Of a stretch of DNA of 64,000 nucleotides, positions 35,376 to 48,569 are shown piece by piece. Position numbers and translations under genes: made by a program. How positions within the stretch are numbered: position 1 is the stretch's first letter; each line of letters begins with the position of its first letter. Source of the DNA: Gekko japonicus (lineage: Eukaryota); assembly GCF_001447785.1 (NCBI RefSeq), contig NW_015160843.1, forward strand, positions 954,483 to 1,018,482. The letters are read 5' to 3'. The notes below the pieces were generated by a model. It saw nothing but the letters and a program-made list of their open reading frames with translations, was not told the DNA's origin and ran no database searches.

Positions 35376-35611
35376 GGGGTAGGGAGGGGGAGGGAAAGCA
35401 AAAGCAAGTCTTGTGCAGGAGAAAGCGCAAAGCCTGACTCCTGTGGTTCCTTTAAGACCAGCAAAGTTTTATTTCAGGTCTAAGCTTTTGTTCTTCTTCT
35501 CCTTCAGAGAGAGGAAGGGAGGGAGGGAGGGAGGGAGGGGTGGTGGTGGTGGAGGGATTCTTCTGAGTTTACATTGAGAACACCCTGCTCTGCTGTTTTC
35601 TTTAAGACTTG

Positions 35612-35623
35612 CTCTCTCTCTCT

Positions 35624-35688
<65 letters not shown>

Positions 35689-35703
35689 GCACACACACGC
35701 ACA
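35612..35703 (+). repeat. (CT)n(CA)n compound microsatellite
   Basis: Direct reading. Confidence 0.95.
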
Positions 35704-38700
35704 TGCACACGTGTATGTGTATTAAAAGGAAGGGGCACGTTGGGATAAGGAGAAAGGAGAATTAAAAGGAAAGTATTTTGGCTTATTTTGAAAAAGTTTT
35801 TTTAAAGATTAGACCCTGATTAGGGATTAGAACACTTGAATTGAATTCCATTGTTTAATGACTGGAAGTAGATGGCTAAGTATTTAAAAACTGTGTTCCA
35901 GTTCAACATGTCTCCCTCTCTGGCTTCCTTTCTTCACTCCCTCTTTGCTTTTGATGCACTAGCACTGATTTTGCCCAGTCTGAAATCAATGCATTATTTC
36001 ATTTGGAGAGACCCCCCCCCTCCATTTTAAACAGATGAAGGGGAAAAAAGAAACCTAACAGCACAGCCTGACAAAGTGATATTTAAGTCCGATCCAGCCC
36101 TCGTAACAAATGAGTTTGACACCTCTGCTGTATAGCAATTAGAGTTCAGCTGATGTTGCTCTACACTAACACGCATAGCTCCACAGTCTATGAGTGGCAG
36201 GATTAAGTAAACCTCACATCAATCTACTGTGCTTCAGGGCACTTTATAGTTATCCCAATCTATGCCACAACAACGCACGCTTTTCCTGCTATCCCTAGTT
36301 ATGGTTTATCCAAATCCTAATGACCAGGCCTAATTATCAGTCAGCCCTGTGAAATAATGTAGGGAAGGAAGGAGGGAGGGATGGCCATGAACCAGTTCAC
36401 AAACCAAAGTTTAAATGGCTCTGAACCAGCAGAAATCTGGGAGTGATATGCCTCCCCAGGGGCATTTCACCCCTCCTGTCTGCTGGCCATGGCTTTCCCC
36501 TGCTAGCAAGCAGGAGGGTGCGAAGTACATCCCTGGGGGCATTTCAGCCCCTCCTGTCTGCTGGCCTCGGCCCTCTGTGGTCAGTAGAAAGGAAGGGGTG
36601 AAGTGCCTTCGGGGAAAGCTGTGGGCAGCAGAAAGGAGGGAGTGAAATGCCCCCTTGGAGGTACTTCATCCCCATATTTAACCCTCTGGTTTTGTCCCCC
36701 CTCGCTTCCAAGCAAGGGTGAGCAAAATCGGAGGGTTAAATGGTTCCCAACCATTTAAACTCTCCTGATTTGAGGGGGGAAGCAGAACTGGAGGGTTAAA
36801 TGGAACAATTTAACCCTCAAGTCTTACTCCCTGCCATTTTGAAGCAGCAGAGAGGAGAACCAGAGGGTTTAAATGGTTCAGATCCATTTAAACTCCTGGT
36901 TTCTGAGCTGTGGGAGCTTCCGGGTGCTCAGCTGTTAGGTTTAAATGGCTGCAAGCAATTTAAACCTTACAGTTCTGCTCCCCTCCACTTGGTTGGATAT
37001 TCTGGCCCCATAATTCACAGCAATCAATGAGAATTTCATTGAGACTTTAAAGAACTTCTGTGAATGCATTTGCAAGGCAGCTGTCTTAGAAGCTCGTGTA
37101 GTTTCACCGTGACCGTTTTAAAGAGAGCAAGGGATTTAAGATTAAAGAACTTTGATGCATTAGCCTACAGAGCAGCTGGCTTTGGATGCACAGACTGCAG
37201 ATGTGCAAAATCTCATTTTCATTCTGAACTGAAGTTCTTTAGGGCAAAATGCCATTCTGCATAATATAGCTGAACACTCTGAGTGGGACAATATTTGAAC
37301 TAGGTTATTAAGAACTCTAGTGACATCACTACTAAATGGCCTACACAGAGTAATCCAGAAACTCTGCTATGGGGAGAGGGCAACTGCTTAGCTAGATCAA
37401 CACAGCCAACAGGCAGCCAAGTCCTACAATACCAACCAAACCTATAATTTTAAGAACATTCTCCCTTTCCCTTTAAATGGATAAAATATGCCTCAGCCTC
37501 TGAGAACAATGGGAAAAAGGTGTGTTTGTGGTTAATCCTCTTTACAATGTACCCAGACCTGAACAATGTCTAATTAAAAGTTATACATGTATGTGTGAGA
37601 GAAATGATAGAATATAAACCCTTCTGCCAAGCCACTTAGATCATGGGACCTAGACAATGAAACTGAAAGGAGTACTAGGGTTAAGGTCAACTAGGTTTAA
37701 GATTCTTGTACTCTGCATAGAAAGCAAGCTTTCAATTTGTGTGTATTGTGATGTTTTGTTCACATATTTGAAACAGGTGATCCGTTGGGTTCTGCTTGCA
37801 TATATTGGAATTCAATTGAAAATAAATATTTTCATCTGCTGATAGAGATTGGCTTTCAGCCTGCTTGTAGTCAATATGGCAAAGCCTTCTTGCCACCCTC
37901 ATGGGCCTCAAAGTCTATTCAGAACCCTTATAGAACATGCCAGTTCTAATAGCCTTAACTTGTTCAGTGCAAGTGGGTGCTGTATTGTCCAGGTTTTTTT
38001 GCTCTGCATCATGCTCCAATTTACCAAACTTTAATACCTAGGACTTTGACAAAGTCCAGAGTGCTCTAAACAGCTGTTAAACATTGAGTGACAGTGTAAG
38101 AATTTAACACTGCTGATTTTCTATTAATTGCCACAATGAAATTAAGGCTTGTGACTGAGTTGATAAGCCTACATATACTCACTAAAGTACATTGCCCCCC
38201 TTCTGATCCTAGCAGACTCAAGACGTTACCCTTTCATCCATAATTAAGCTGGAATTGTTGCAGTCCTTGCACAACTTACACAAGAGCACATGTTTGTAAT
38301 TTGTGTTAGCTGGAAATAATTACTACTGCCAGTTAAAAATCACTAAAGTGGATTGGAATTCTCACCTCCCCCATAAGCAAGCAGTGAAATGGTAGGGAAA
38401 ATGCATCTTCAAATCCCAACTGTAAAACAGAGGCTGAGAATGTTGTGAACTTCAAGTATGGGCTATACCCACCATTACTGAGGATCAGTATGTTTTCTCT
38501 ATATTAGCATGTACTGAGGCATTAGAAAAGAGTAATCTTTTTATCACAAGCAATGATAATTTGTTCATCAGTGGTACAGATTTGTTGTGAAATGGCTATA
38601 CCAGAACAGTTGAGTTTCATGCCATTATGTTTAATGCCACAAACACAAAATGGATGTGGGGCAACTTTGCTACTCATCTTCCTTAGAAATGTAAAGGCAG

Positions 38701-39496
38701 CAGATACAGGAGGTGGGAAACGAATGGTCACCTGATGCAGCACGTTCAACAGAGCAGGAAGAGAAGGGACAAGGCTGGTTAAAGCCATCCCACCATGCCA
38801 AATGTGCCTTGTTTCTCAGAGCTTCTCACCCTTCCTTCACTGTGCAGCAGTGTGGGAATAGCTGGTCATTAAGGAGTCAAGTAGGAATTTTTTGAGTTCT
38901 ACTCTGATTGGTTGGGTGGGGAACCTTTTTCTAACATTGTTGTTTTGGGGTAGGGTTTATTAAATAGTTCTGACACTTAGGGATGGAAATAGCAGGATTA
39001 ATCTGGCTTTGATTTTTGTGATTAATTCAGACTGGAGAGCACCCTGAGGCATCCAAGGCAGCCAAATTCACATCACGTATAACATGGTTCTTTTAGCTGC
39101 AGATGCAGGGGATTAAACTGGGGATTTTCTGCATGCCAAGCTGATGCTCTACCACTGAGCCACACATGGCTGAATGGTCTCAAGGGGCTGCATTGGATGG
39201 TATGGATTGATGGGCAGCAGCATGTGCTGCATTGAATGGTATGGATTAATGGTGCAGCATGTTTGGTGCAGGCAAGGCGAAGCAAAGTGTAGCCTATAGT
39301 CATATTGAGCTTTGAGCCAGGGTGGATGTACCCAAATACTTGCTGACCCAGTTGGGCAGCCTTGTTAGGGAGCCCATTTTAAAGCAGGGAATGTGGTTAA
39401 TAAGTTGTGCAATACTAAACCCTAGTTAAACCCATGCACTGAGTATGTTGCCTTCCTTTCAGGATATGAGGATAACACATCCTTGTGTTACATGGA

Positions 39497-39782
39497 GGGT
39501 GATTTCCCACAAGCGCTGCTCTGCGCTCACTCTTTTCTTTGCCGCGATGGTACATGTCAATTTCCCACAAGCTGCTGCGTGGCCGCATTTTGCCCCGCAG
39601 CTTCGCGTGATTTCCCCCGTGTCTACTCAATCCTGGTTTTTTGAGGATTGAGTAGATGCGGGGGAAATCGCGTGAAGCAGCGGGGCAAAATGCGGCTGTG
39701 CAGCAGCCTGTGTGAAATTGACATGTATCATCGGGGCAAAAGGGAGGAGTGAGCGCGGAGCAGCGCTTGTGGGAAATGACCC
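39497..39782. mobile_element. Fully palindromic PIF/Harbinger-type MITE
   Basis: gggtgatttcccacaagcg ... cgcttgtgggaaatgaccc. The arms pair along their whole length around a short loop at ~39635-39642. 3-bp TSD gga/gga. Confidence 0.85.
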
Positions 39783-41929
39783 GGAATTAATCCAAAATTG
39801 GTATAAATGGTATAATCTCAGTTACCAATGAGCAGCAGATAATAGCAACACCCAGAGCACGCCCCGTCTGATGTCCTCCTCAATCTCGAATGGTACAAAA
39901 GGAAGTTCTTCTATTTCTCTCTTTACATTTTTCTGTGTCACTGTTTGTCCCAGGTGCTCAGTGTGGCATACACCTGCCACCATAGAGAGACCAACCACAC
40001 CAATCAAGGAAGCCTCATGATATCAATAGGCCAGAGCAGGTGCTTTTATAGCCTCTAGATGCTATTGTTTGCCTTTGTAAGGAACTTGGTGACTTGACAG
40101 TTATAAAGTTCCACCCCCTGCAGCTTTAAAGGAGGCCAAGGAACTGAATTTTATATACTGAACTAAGGAGCCAAATCTGGGCTGGCAAACATCGACCATG
40201 TGATTCTTATTCATAATATAACAGTGGCAGAAACTATGATCCAGTCTTATGTTATTTAAAAAAAATGGGATAGACCAGATTATGAGATATGAAAATGCCC
40301 CCCTTTATAGCTCAGAAAACAAACTGGTCGATCTTCAGGAAATCTTTAGCTGAATGCCTGTACAAAAATACTAACAACCCTAGACCATTGTCCCTTGTGC
40401 TTATATTGTTCTTTCCCATACAGTTTGTAATCTGGGTGTTTTGAATGGGCTTGTGAATGGGCTTGTTGTCCAATTCAGAACTCTCTTTAGTGTCCCACGA
40501 AATCTTTTAAGCTCAGAAAACTGTAAGTCTGCCAAGGGCTGATCTCAGTTTAGCCTGTGTGAAATCTGCAGCTGTGATATTGTGCCACTGCTTGAATTGC
40601 AGGCTTGATCCTTGTTCCTTCAGCTACTGTCAAGAGGTGTGATCAGGCATCCTGACAGGTTGGCATCCTTCATATTGCACAGAGAGATTTGACAGGTGCT
40701 GCCTGCCCAAAGTGAAGCCAGACTTGACAGATAATTAAGGGCATGTTACTCGACAGTTAAATGGAAAAACTGAGATAACATTGGCAGCAATTGCATCTTG
40801 AGTGTGTCAGTAATATTGTCTTACATTTGAGTCCCAGGTGGTCTATCAGGAAAAATCAGCACTATGCTATATTATGAGGAGTTTTTGTGTGGCACCTATT
40901 CCACTGATGCTGTGAGATCACATGGCTGGGTATACATAGAGTGACTTCCTAGGAAATTAAGCATTTTGCTGTCTGAGGCAGAAAATGGCAGACATCCCGT
41001 ATGACTGACAGTTTGTCATGATGTCCCAAACCTGTCTCCCAAGAAAGTCTGTTGGTGAGGTTGCCCCTGCTTGAACATTTATCAAATACAGCAGCCTGGG
41101 TTCATTTTTCAGCTACATTGGACATGATGCAGGTGCAGGTTTGTTATCTATGGTGTCTTGATTTGGTTGTACAATGTGGTGGTATGAAGTTTTGTCATAT
41201 ACTTCATGGTTTATCTCAAATATGGACAAGGGCAAATTTAGGCTGACTGAATGAGGGCCAAGAAACTGAAACTCAGTCTGGATACTGGGGGGGGGGGTGT
41301 TACTGTGTCTGGTAATAAGGCTAGTTGAGGACTGGAGGCATAGCATGTAGAGCCTGTAGCCAGCTTCAGTGCTTCTTTGAGAGGCATGGTTGTGCCATAT
41401 TTACATATTCTCTGATTACATTCAGGGTGGACTACCATGAGCTTTATATGGGTCTACCTTGTTCAGAACCACAACAGTTAGTCTGACAGTAGGTTTAAGT
41501 TAACAGGATCATACTTTACCAGTTTTAAAGGCTCTACTGCTAGCTTGCTTCTTCACACAATTCAAAGCAGTAGTTATCCTATATAATTCCCTTACATATT
41601 GGCCATTTCCAGCTCTCTCATTTGCTGTGCAGTGCGCTCCATCAGCCATTGGCCCAACCACCACCACTCAAGAGTACTTGCATGCCATTGGCTGGGTGCT
41701 GGGTTCGCCCCTCTCCTTCACCCACTGCCAGCCTGGACATTCTTCCCTCACAGAATAAACTATCAAAACAGCTGTCTCTCCTGACGAAGAAACTTCTTCT
41801 TGGCTCCTGTGGGACTAACTTTTCCCTCAGTGGCTGTTGCTTGGCAACCAAGCTTGGTTGTCAGTAAAAAGGCAAAGGAAGGAAGCCCTTTCTAGGCCTT
41901 TGTGGGGAACTCATTGGGGCCAGTCCTGA

Positions 41930-43085
41930 CTAGGGTTGCCAGCTCCAAGTTGGGAAATTCCTGGATATTCTATGGTGGAGTCTAAGGAAGCCAGAGTTTG
42001 GGGAGGGGAGAGGCCTCCACTGAATAGAATGCCATAGAACCCACCCTCCAAAGCAGTTATTTCCTCCAGAGGGTGGAGAGATCTGTTGTCTGGAGTTCAG
42101 TTGTGATACCCGGTGATCTTCAGGCTCCACCTGGAGGTTGACTACCCTAGACATAGCACTTAGCACTTCAGAGCAGGGTCTCCTAGACCCATGTTCTTGC
42201 CAGGGAAGTTGAGTGGGTGATCTTGAACCAGTCACAGACTTTCAGCCTAACCTACCTCACAGGGTTGTTGTGCAGATCAAAAGAGGGAGAGGAGAATGAT
42301 GTAAGCTGCTTTGGTCTCCACTGTGGAGAAAGACTGTACTTTTCCTCCACGGGAACCATTGGTGCCAATCTCCAGGTGAGGGCTGGAGATCACTCAGAAT
42401 TAAAACTGCTCTCCAGATGGTAGAGATCAGGGGCAGATGAAGGTAGGTTGATAGTTGGTTGGGAAGGAGGTAGGGTTGTTAGCTCCAGGTTGGGAAATTC
42501 CTGGAGATTTGAGGGGTGGAGCCTGGAGACGGTGGAGTTTGAGGAGGAGTGGGACCTCTGGCAGGTACAATGCCATAGACTCCACCCTCCAAACCAGCCA
42601 TTTCCTCCTGGGGGACCATTGCTGCCATTCTCCAGGTGAGGGCTGCAGATCACTCAGAATTAAAACTGCTCTCCAGATGGCAGAGATCAATTCCCCTGGA
42701 GAAAACAGCTGCTTTGCAGGGTGGACTCTGAGTCATTATACTCTGAGGTCACTCCCCCTCCTGCTTGGGTCCCCACTGAGGAGGAGAAAGACTGTACTTT
42801 TCCTAGGTAGAGGCTCCAGGTGTGTGTGTGGGAGATAGAAAGCTGAAATCAGAGGGGTAGATAATGGTATGTTGATGGTTGGCTGGGATCTCTGTGTGGT
42901 TCTGTGTGATCTCTAGCCCTCCCCTTGATATTGGCAACACCATTTCCTTCTGGGGAACCAGTGTTACCAATATCAAGGGGAGGGCTAGAGATCACACAGA
43001 ATTAAAACTGCTCTTCAGATGGCAGGGATCAGTTCCCTTGGAGAAAACGATAAGCTATGTGTCATTATACCCTGCTGAGGTCACC
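41930..43085. mobile_element. Cluster of TAGGGTTGCCA-TIR MITE copies and a SINE fragment
   Basis: Full copy at ~41930-42149 (tagggttgcca...actacccta), another from 42471, and partial opposite-strand copies at ~42356, ~42616 and ~42957. Confidence 0.7.
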
Positions 43086-44382
43086 ACAGCAAATTGATGC
43101 TGAGTGCCCAAGGCCAGGGCACCCGCCCAGAGCCTCTTTCTAGAGCTCGTTGTATTTATTTCCACAATGGGCTGTATTCCTAGTTTTCTATAAAGCTCTT
43201 TATGGCTTGAGACCAGGCCACCTGAAGAAGTACTTTGTCCTGTTTCAGGCTGCTCATCAAGTAAAATCTTCACTGGAGGCCATGCTCTTCCTGGTCTCAC
43301 TTTTACAGAGACAAAGGGTTTTTTTTTCTAGTGGTACTCAAGCTTGAAAGCTCCCTCTATACATAGAGCTCACCTGGTGCCAAACATGTATGTCTTTTGG
43401 CACCAAGTTGTGTAGTAGTGTTCTATTTTTCAATCACTAAATGGCACTCCTTTTAGTAATAGAGTGGATAGAGTTGGGAGGTTCTTGGTTGTCATTCTAT
43501 TCCTGTTACTCAGCAAGATGACAAAGTTCATGTTTGCATATTGAAGAGTGAAGTATTCACATCATATGAATGAAAGTCTTTTTATTTTCTAGACCTCTTA
43601 AATTCCCTCCAGTATCATTTTGTTGGTTTTATCAGATCATCCTGCTTTCATTCCACTGTTCTTTTAATAGTCTTTTTCCAGAACGTATATTGACTATGTT
43701 AGGATTTTAAGGGTTTACTAAGTTTATATCTGATGTTATTTTAAATTATTTTATTGCATTTTCCTGTTTTTATTCTTTTAGCTTTTTAAAAAAATGAATT
43801 CTGGTCATATCGCAGAAATAATAGCATGGCGGGGGGGGGGATTAATGAATGTTTGGGAGCTGTCTGCCTGCAAAGATGCATTCAACACAGACTGAGCCCA
43901 TATTCAATACCTTTTTCAGTATTTAAGTTCTTCAGTAATTCAATCAACATATGACAGTATTGTAGGCAGGCTGCTGAGAAGAAAAATAATGCTACGTCTA
44001 GAGGAAGAGATTTGTATAGATATGCAGCATAGCTGAGGAAACAGGAAATAGCCATGGGAAAGGAATACAAAACAATGGAGGATACTGAAAACTCACTCTC
44101 TAATTAATCTCTTGTTAAACATTTTAGGGTCTGGCTTCAACAGATGAGGATTAACTGTTTCCACGGGTTTATCTGTCATATGTAAAGAGTGGCCTCTGGC
44201 TCATGAAAGGATATGCCAGAATAAGTTTTTTAGTCTTTAGGGTGCCACAGGATTTTGTTGTGTTCATAAGTTGTTGTTCATTGTGGACTGGCTGACAGCC
44301 TGGGGTTGTGATTTGGTTCTCTTGCAGATCCCATTCATTTCAATAGGACTTGCACAGAAGAAGAACTTCCTGTTGAACAGAA

Positions 44383-44463
44383 ATCATAAAATCATAGAAT
44401 CACAGAGTGGGGAAGGGGCCATACAAGCCATCTAGTCCAACCCCCTGCTCAATGCAGGATCAG
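44383..44463 (-). mobile_element. CR1 3' end
   Basis: atcataaaatcatagaatcacagag...gccatctagtccaacccc is the reverse complement of a CR1 (ATTCTATG)n tail and hairpin. Confidence 0.75.
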
Positions 44464-44993
44464 CTGCAAAATAGCATCAATCCAAAAGTAAAATGAGCTT
44501 CAGAAAAAACTAAATTAAAGAGGTGAAGCCTTGGTTTTGCTTCTTATCTGTTCTCAAGGACTTGATGCAATGCTATGAGATTTCACCAAGGAGTGTTGCA
44601 AGAAAAGACTTGGCATGCTCTGAGACACAGAAAAGCTCAGAAGCAGAACAAACAAAATAAATGTGTTTTTAGGGCCTGACATCTGGTAGGGAGACCTTTC
44701 ATACTCATGGTTAAATGTGCATTGCCTCCAAGATACCGTACACTTAACACAAAACTCATTTGCTACAGTATATAGAGATCAATTTTGTCCTAAGATAAAT
44801 TGTATTTGCTACAGTTTACAGATCACTTCTGTTCTAAGATAAATTGTGTTTCCTAGGAACACTTTCCCCATTGAATAAAACAAGACTTCTAAACAAATCT
44901 CCTTAGGAACACTCCCATCATCAGGCTGTTTGGGAGTAAACTTTGGCCTCACAGTGGACAACTGTATCAGTACCTACCTTCCGTCTAGGGGTG

Positions 44994-45185
44994 TTATTGT
45001 TCAGTTGCACAGTCACACAGTCGAGTCTGACTCTTTGCGACCCTGTGGACCACATCACGCCAGGCCCTCCTGTCTTCTGTCATCCTCCAGAATTTGCTTA
45101 ATTTCATGTTTGTTGCATTGATAATACTGTCTAACCATCTCATTCTTTGCCATCCCCTTCTTCTTTTACCTTCAATTTTACCTTT
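44994..45185 (-). mobile_element. RTE-BovB 3' end
   Basis: GKIEGKRRRGWQRMRWLDSIINATNM.LSK..RMTEDRRAWR..VHRVAKSQTRL matches the BovB ORF C-terminus. Confidence 0.9.
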
Positions 45186-46223
45186 AATCAATCTTAATTA
45201 CACTAATCTAGAGGTGTACACTTCAAAAATACATTTTAGTGTCATTCCAAGATTTTGAAAAGATTTTGTTATACTGAAATTTCACATGTGTTGATACCGT
45301 TATGGGAGTCTGTTTCAAGGACATTTTGGGGGGTTGGGGAATAGCGGCACCCAAAAATCATGCCCTTAAAAAGATGAAATTAAAATTTAAACTGGCCCCC
45401 TCTCCTCTGCGAAGCTGCAGTAGTGGCAAAGGAGGAGGGAGAGAGGAACTGAGCATGCCCCAGCTGGGTTGTGGTGCTGATGCTGCCATGACCTTTTAAA
45501 CACCCTTTAAACTTTAAAGAGCCAAAGTGGTAGTCCAGGTCTATGAGTGGTAGGTCTGATGTTGGACTTGGAGGTACACATTCTATTTATCTCTCTGAGT
45601 TCCCCTTCAATAACTTGACTTACTAGTAAGTTCAAAGAGTTGTGAATTCTTCTGTTCAATGTCTTATTGTTTGAATGGAAGCTGAACAAGAGTGACTTGC
45701 ACACAAACTGTACAAGAGTTGGTAGCAAGTGTACATAGGAAAAGGCATGATGATGGAATCTTTAGAGTTTGTCAAATCTATAGAGTCTTTTGCATTCCGA
45801 ACAAGTTGGCAAATGCTGTTAAATTTCCAGGTATCTTGACAAACAAGGTGTTGCAGTAAGTCAATCTGGGAGCATCCCAGAGGCACATACAGATCAACCA
45901 CTCTGTATTAGACAGCTCATGACCTTTTGCAGTGCTTTGTTATGAGCAATAACATGAGATCTCATCATTTCCTTTGTAATATGAATTCTTGGTGAAAGAT
46001 CAAACTCCACAGGGCTGCAAGTAAGGACCTTGCCTCTTATCTGATTTTAATTTCCTAGTGTAAGTTGATGCCTGTGTCTGCTCAGTTGTTTCCAGTACGC
46101 AAAGGGCAATGAATGAGGGCACAAGAATGTTTTCAATTACCACAGTTTTAAGCTCATAGACTGAAAAAAATATTTCGTCCCACAGAAAGAAGTTTATGGG
46201 TGCTTCTTGCTAGAATTCATGAT

Positions 46224-46980
46224 TGCCCCCCAAGCCGGAATAACGAGGCAGACAACCATAACGGGCCACTTTATTAACTATCATAAAACATAACGGCAAA
46301 TACAGGAAATAACAGAATTGCAGCATGGCAAGGCTACGGGTCAGCTGACCCTTCCCTTGCCATCATGATCAAGGGCGAGCACCCAGCTCCGAAAGCAAGG
46401 CAAGGAATTGCCTTCCCTCCGGCCAGCACGGCTGAGGTAATTGCAAGGGAGAACCCCCCCCCCAGCCGCGGGGCTCAAAGGGAGGCAAATCCCAGGCAAA
46501 ACCTTTAGGCGGTCTGCTTTCCCCGCCCCGGGCCGCAGGGCCCAAAGACTGTACCGACAAGACCCCTACTCCCCAATGGGTTATACGCCTGTGCTCCCCG
46601 TGCCGCAATCTGTTCAGACTAACCAACCTGCCCACTAAAGTGACCACCTATTTATAACTCCACCACACACCTCCAAAACCTCGCTACAGCTACAGTTCAA
46701 AGTAGGCAAAAACACCCCCACCCCAGGCCAATCGAGAAGAGGGCGAAAAATTCCTACTTGGCCCCCAACAGGACGACCAGCAAATGCCTGAACTGTAAAC
46801 TGGGCGGGAGGGTGGGCCGAGTGCAGCGAGGCAAGTGAAGGAGGGGGCGAGAGGCTGAGGTACAAAACCTCCGGCCCCGCCCCCTGCTAGTCCCGGAAGC
46901 CGGCTGCCTCTCTCCTCGCAGGGAGGCAAAAACGGCCCGTCAAGGCACGCCCCTTTCAGGGCCGGCCTCATCCGAGCCGG
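46224..46980 (-). mobile_element. Probable solo terminal repeat of a DIRS/Ngaro-type (tyrosine recombinase) retroelement
   Basis: Sharp CpG-rich island. The minus-strand end reads aataaagtggccc...gtctgcctcgttattccggcttggggggcaa. gatt occurs at both junctions. No ORF. Confidence 0.45.
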
Positions 46981-47489
46981 ATTACTAAAATGGTAAATCT
47001 GAAACAGCAGATCCCATGACGGTGGGCCAAACTTTTAAAAGGTATTTTAAAGTTTACACCTCAAAATGTAAAGTGTGAATGTGACATTCATGTATCAAAC
47101 TGGTACAGCTATTAGGGAGTTGTGATTGGCTACAACTCCCTATTGAATGTACACAGTGCGTAGTGTAAAACAGCCCTGATTCACACTGTATGAATCAAAG
47201 TCATTTGTTGTATTATGAATACCCATGAGGCAGGTATGCAGTCTCAGCCTGTAATCAAGCTATTAAATAAAAAATTAATGAGATACACAAGTGGTGCTGC
47301 CAACAGTGAATAGTGAATACATTTTTCTGGCTGGAATTTTGGACCTGCTGTGTTTATTATTAGAGAAACTCAGCCATTTTAATATTTGTGACAGCCACAA
47401 TTTGATGATAACTTATGTATATTTTATCATTAAAGCCTGAGTACTGTTTGCATTCAGATTTTAAAAACAAACAAGGGAACCTAAATTGA

Positions 47490-48281
47490 CCACCAGGCAC
47501 GAACTTTCCACGAAATTTCAAGCTGTTCATTGAGTTTCATGCCATGCCAATCTATGAGTGAAGATATTTCCAGACAGACTGTCTCCACTCAATCAAAATG
47601 TTTATATAACTTCAAAGCAACAACATGGAGGGCATGTAGAAGAGCATGCGACTATGATATCTCTAGCTTGCACAGGATCCATTCTATACATTCCTGAACC
47701 TTAGTCATTTTGAGAGGTGCAGGTTCAGGAGTCTATAGAACAGATCCTGTGCAAGCTAGAGACACTAAACTTACAGCAAAACTCCCCCGGATGCTCCTCT
47801 ACATGACCTCAAGTTTGGTGTCTCTAGCTTGCACAGGATCCATTCTATACATTTCTGAAATGCTAGACACACCAAACTTGCAGGGGATTTCCAGGTGGCT
47901 CTCTTCTATCTGCCCTCCAAGTTTGGTGAGGATTGGATTTATGGAGTCCAAGTTACTTCCCCTTAAAGAAGGTGCCCCAGGAAAGTGCTTTCTGGGGAAT
48001 GACAGGTAGTTGTTTTGCCATAAAGCACTTTCCTGGGGGTACCTTCTTTGGGAGGCTGTAACTTGGACCCCGGAAATCCAATCCCCACCAAACTTGGAGG
48101 GCAGGTAGAAGAGAATCACCTGGAAATCCCCTGCAAGTGTGATGTCTCTAACATGCTGGGGTGTGTGTTCTACTGCCTCACAAACCAAACCAGTTTGTGA
48201 CGGTCTGTGGTTTGCGAACACAGCACTCCATGAACCACGAACCATGAACCGAACCACATTTTTGGTTTGTGCCCATACCTA
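47490..48281. mobile_element. hAT-like MITE with internal inverted/direct modules
   Basis: Terminus ggtttgtgcccataccta. The module tctctagcttgcacaggatccattctataca occurs twice forward and once inverted. Confidence 0.65.
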
Positions 48282-48569
48282 CCTGTAATTTTCCTTAATA
48301 ATCTGTACTAAACATGTGCAACAGAATGCTTTATAAGAACTTATTTCCTGTGACAGTTAAAAGTTTGCTACAAACTATATAGGAAGTCAGACCTCCCCTA
48401 AAGACGTGGTTGGAAATGCCTAGCTTAGAACATAATAGAATAATAAAGAAGTACTAGTCAGTAGCAATATGAAACAGTCATCGCATTTATGCTTTTGTAT
48501 TTAGAAGGATGAAGTGAAAATGACAATATTAAAAATAAACATTCTTGTTTTATTGATGTTATTTTGGCC

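Larger units (their letters stand above)
33983..36127. mobile_element. hAT-Charlie-type MITE (CAGGGGTGTCAAAC TIR) carrying an L2 insertion and microsatellites
   Basis: caggggtgtcaaac / gtttgacacctctg. TSD poorly preserved. Confidence 0.6.
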
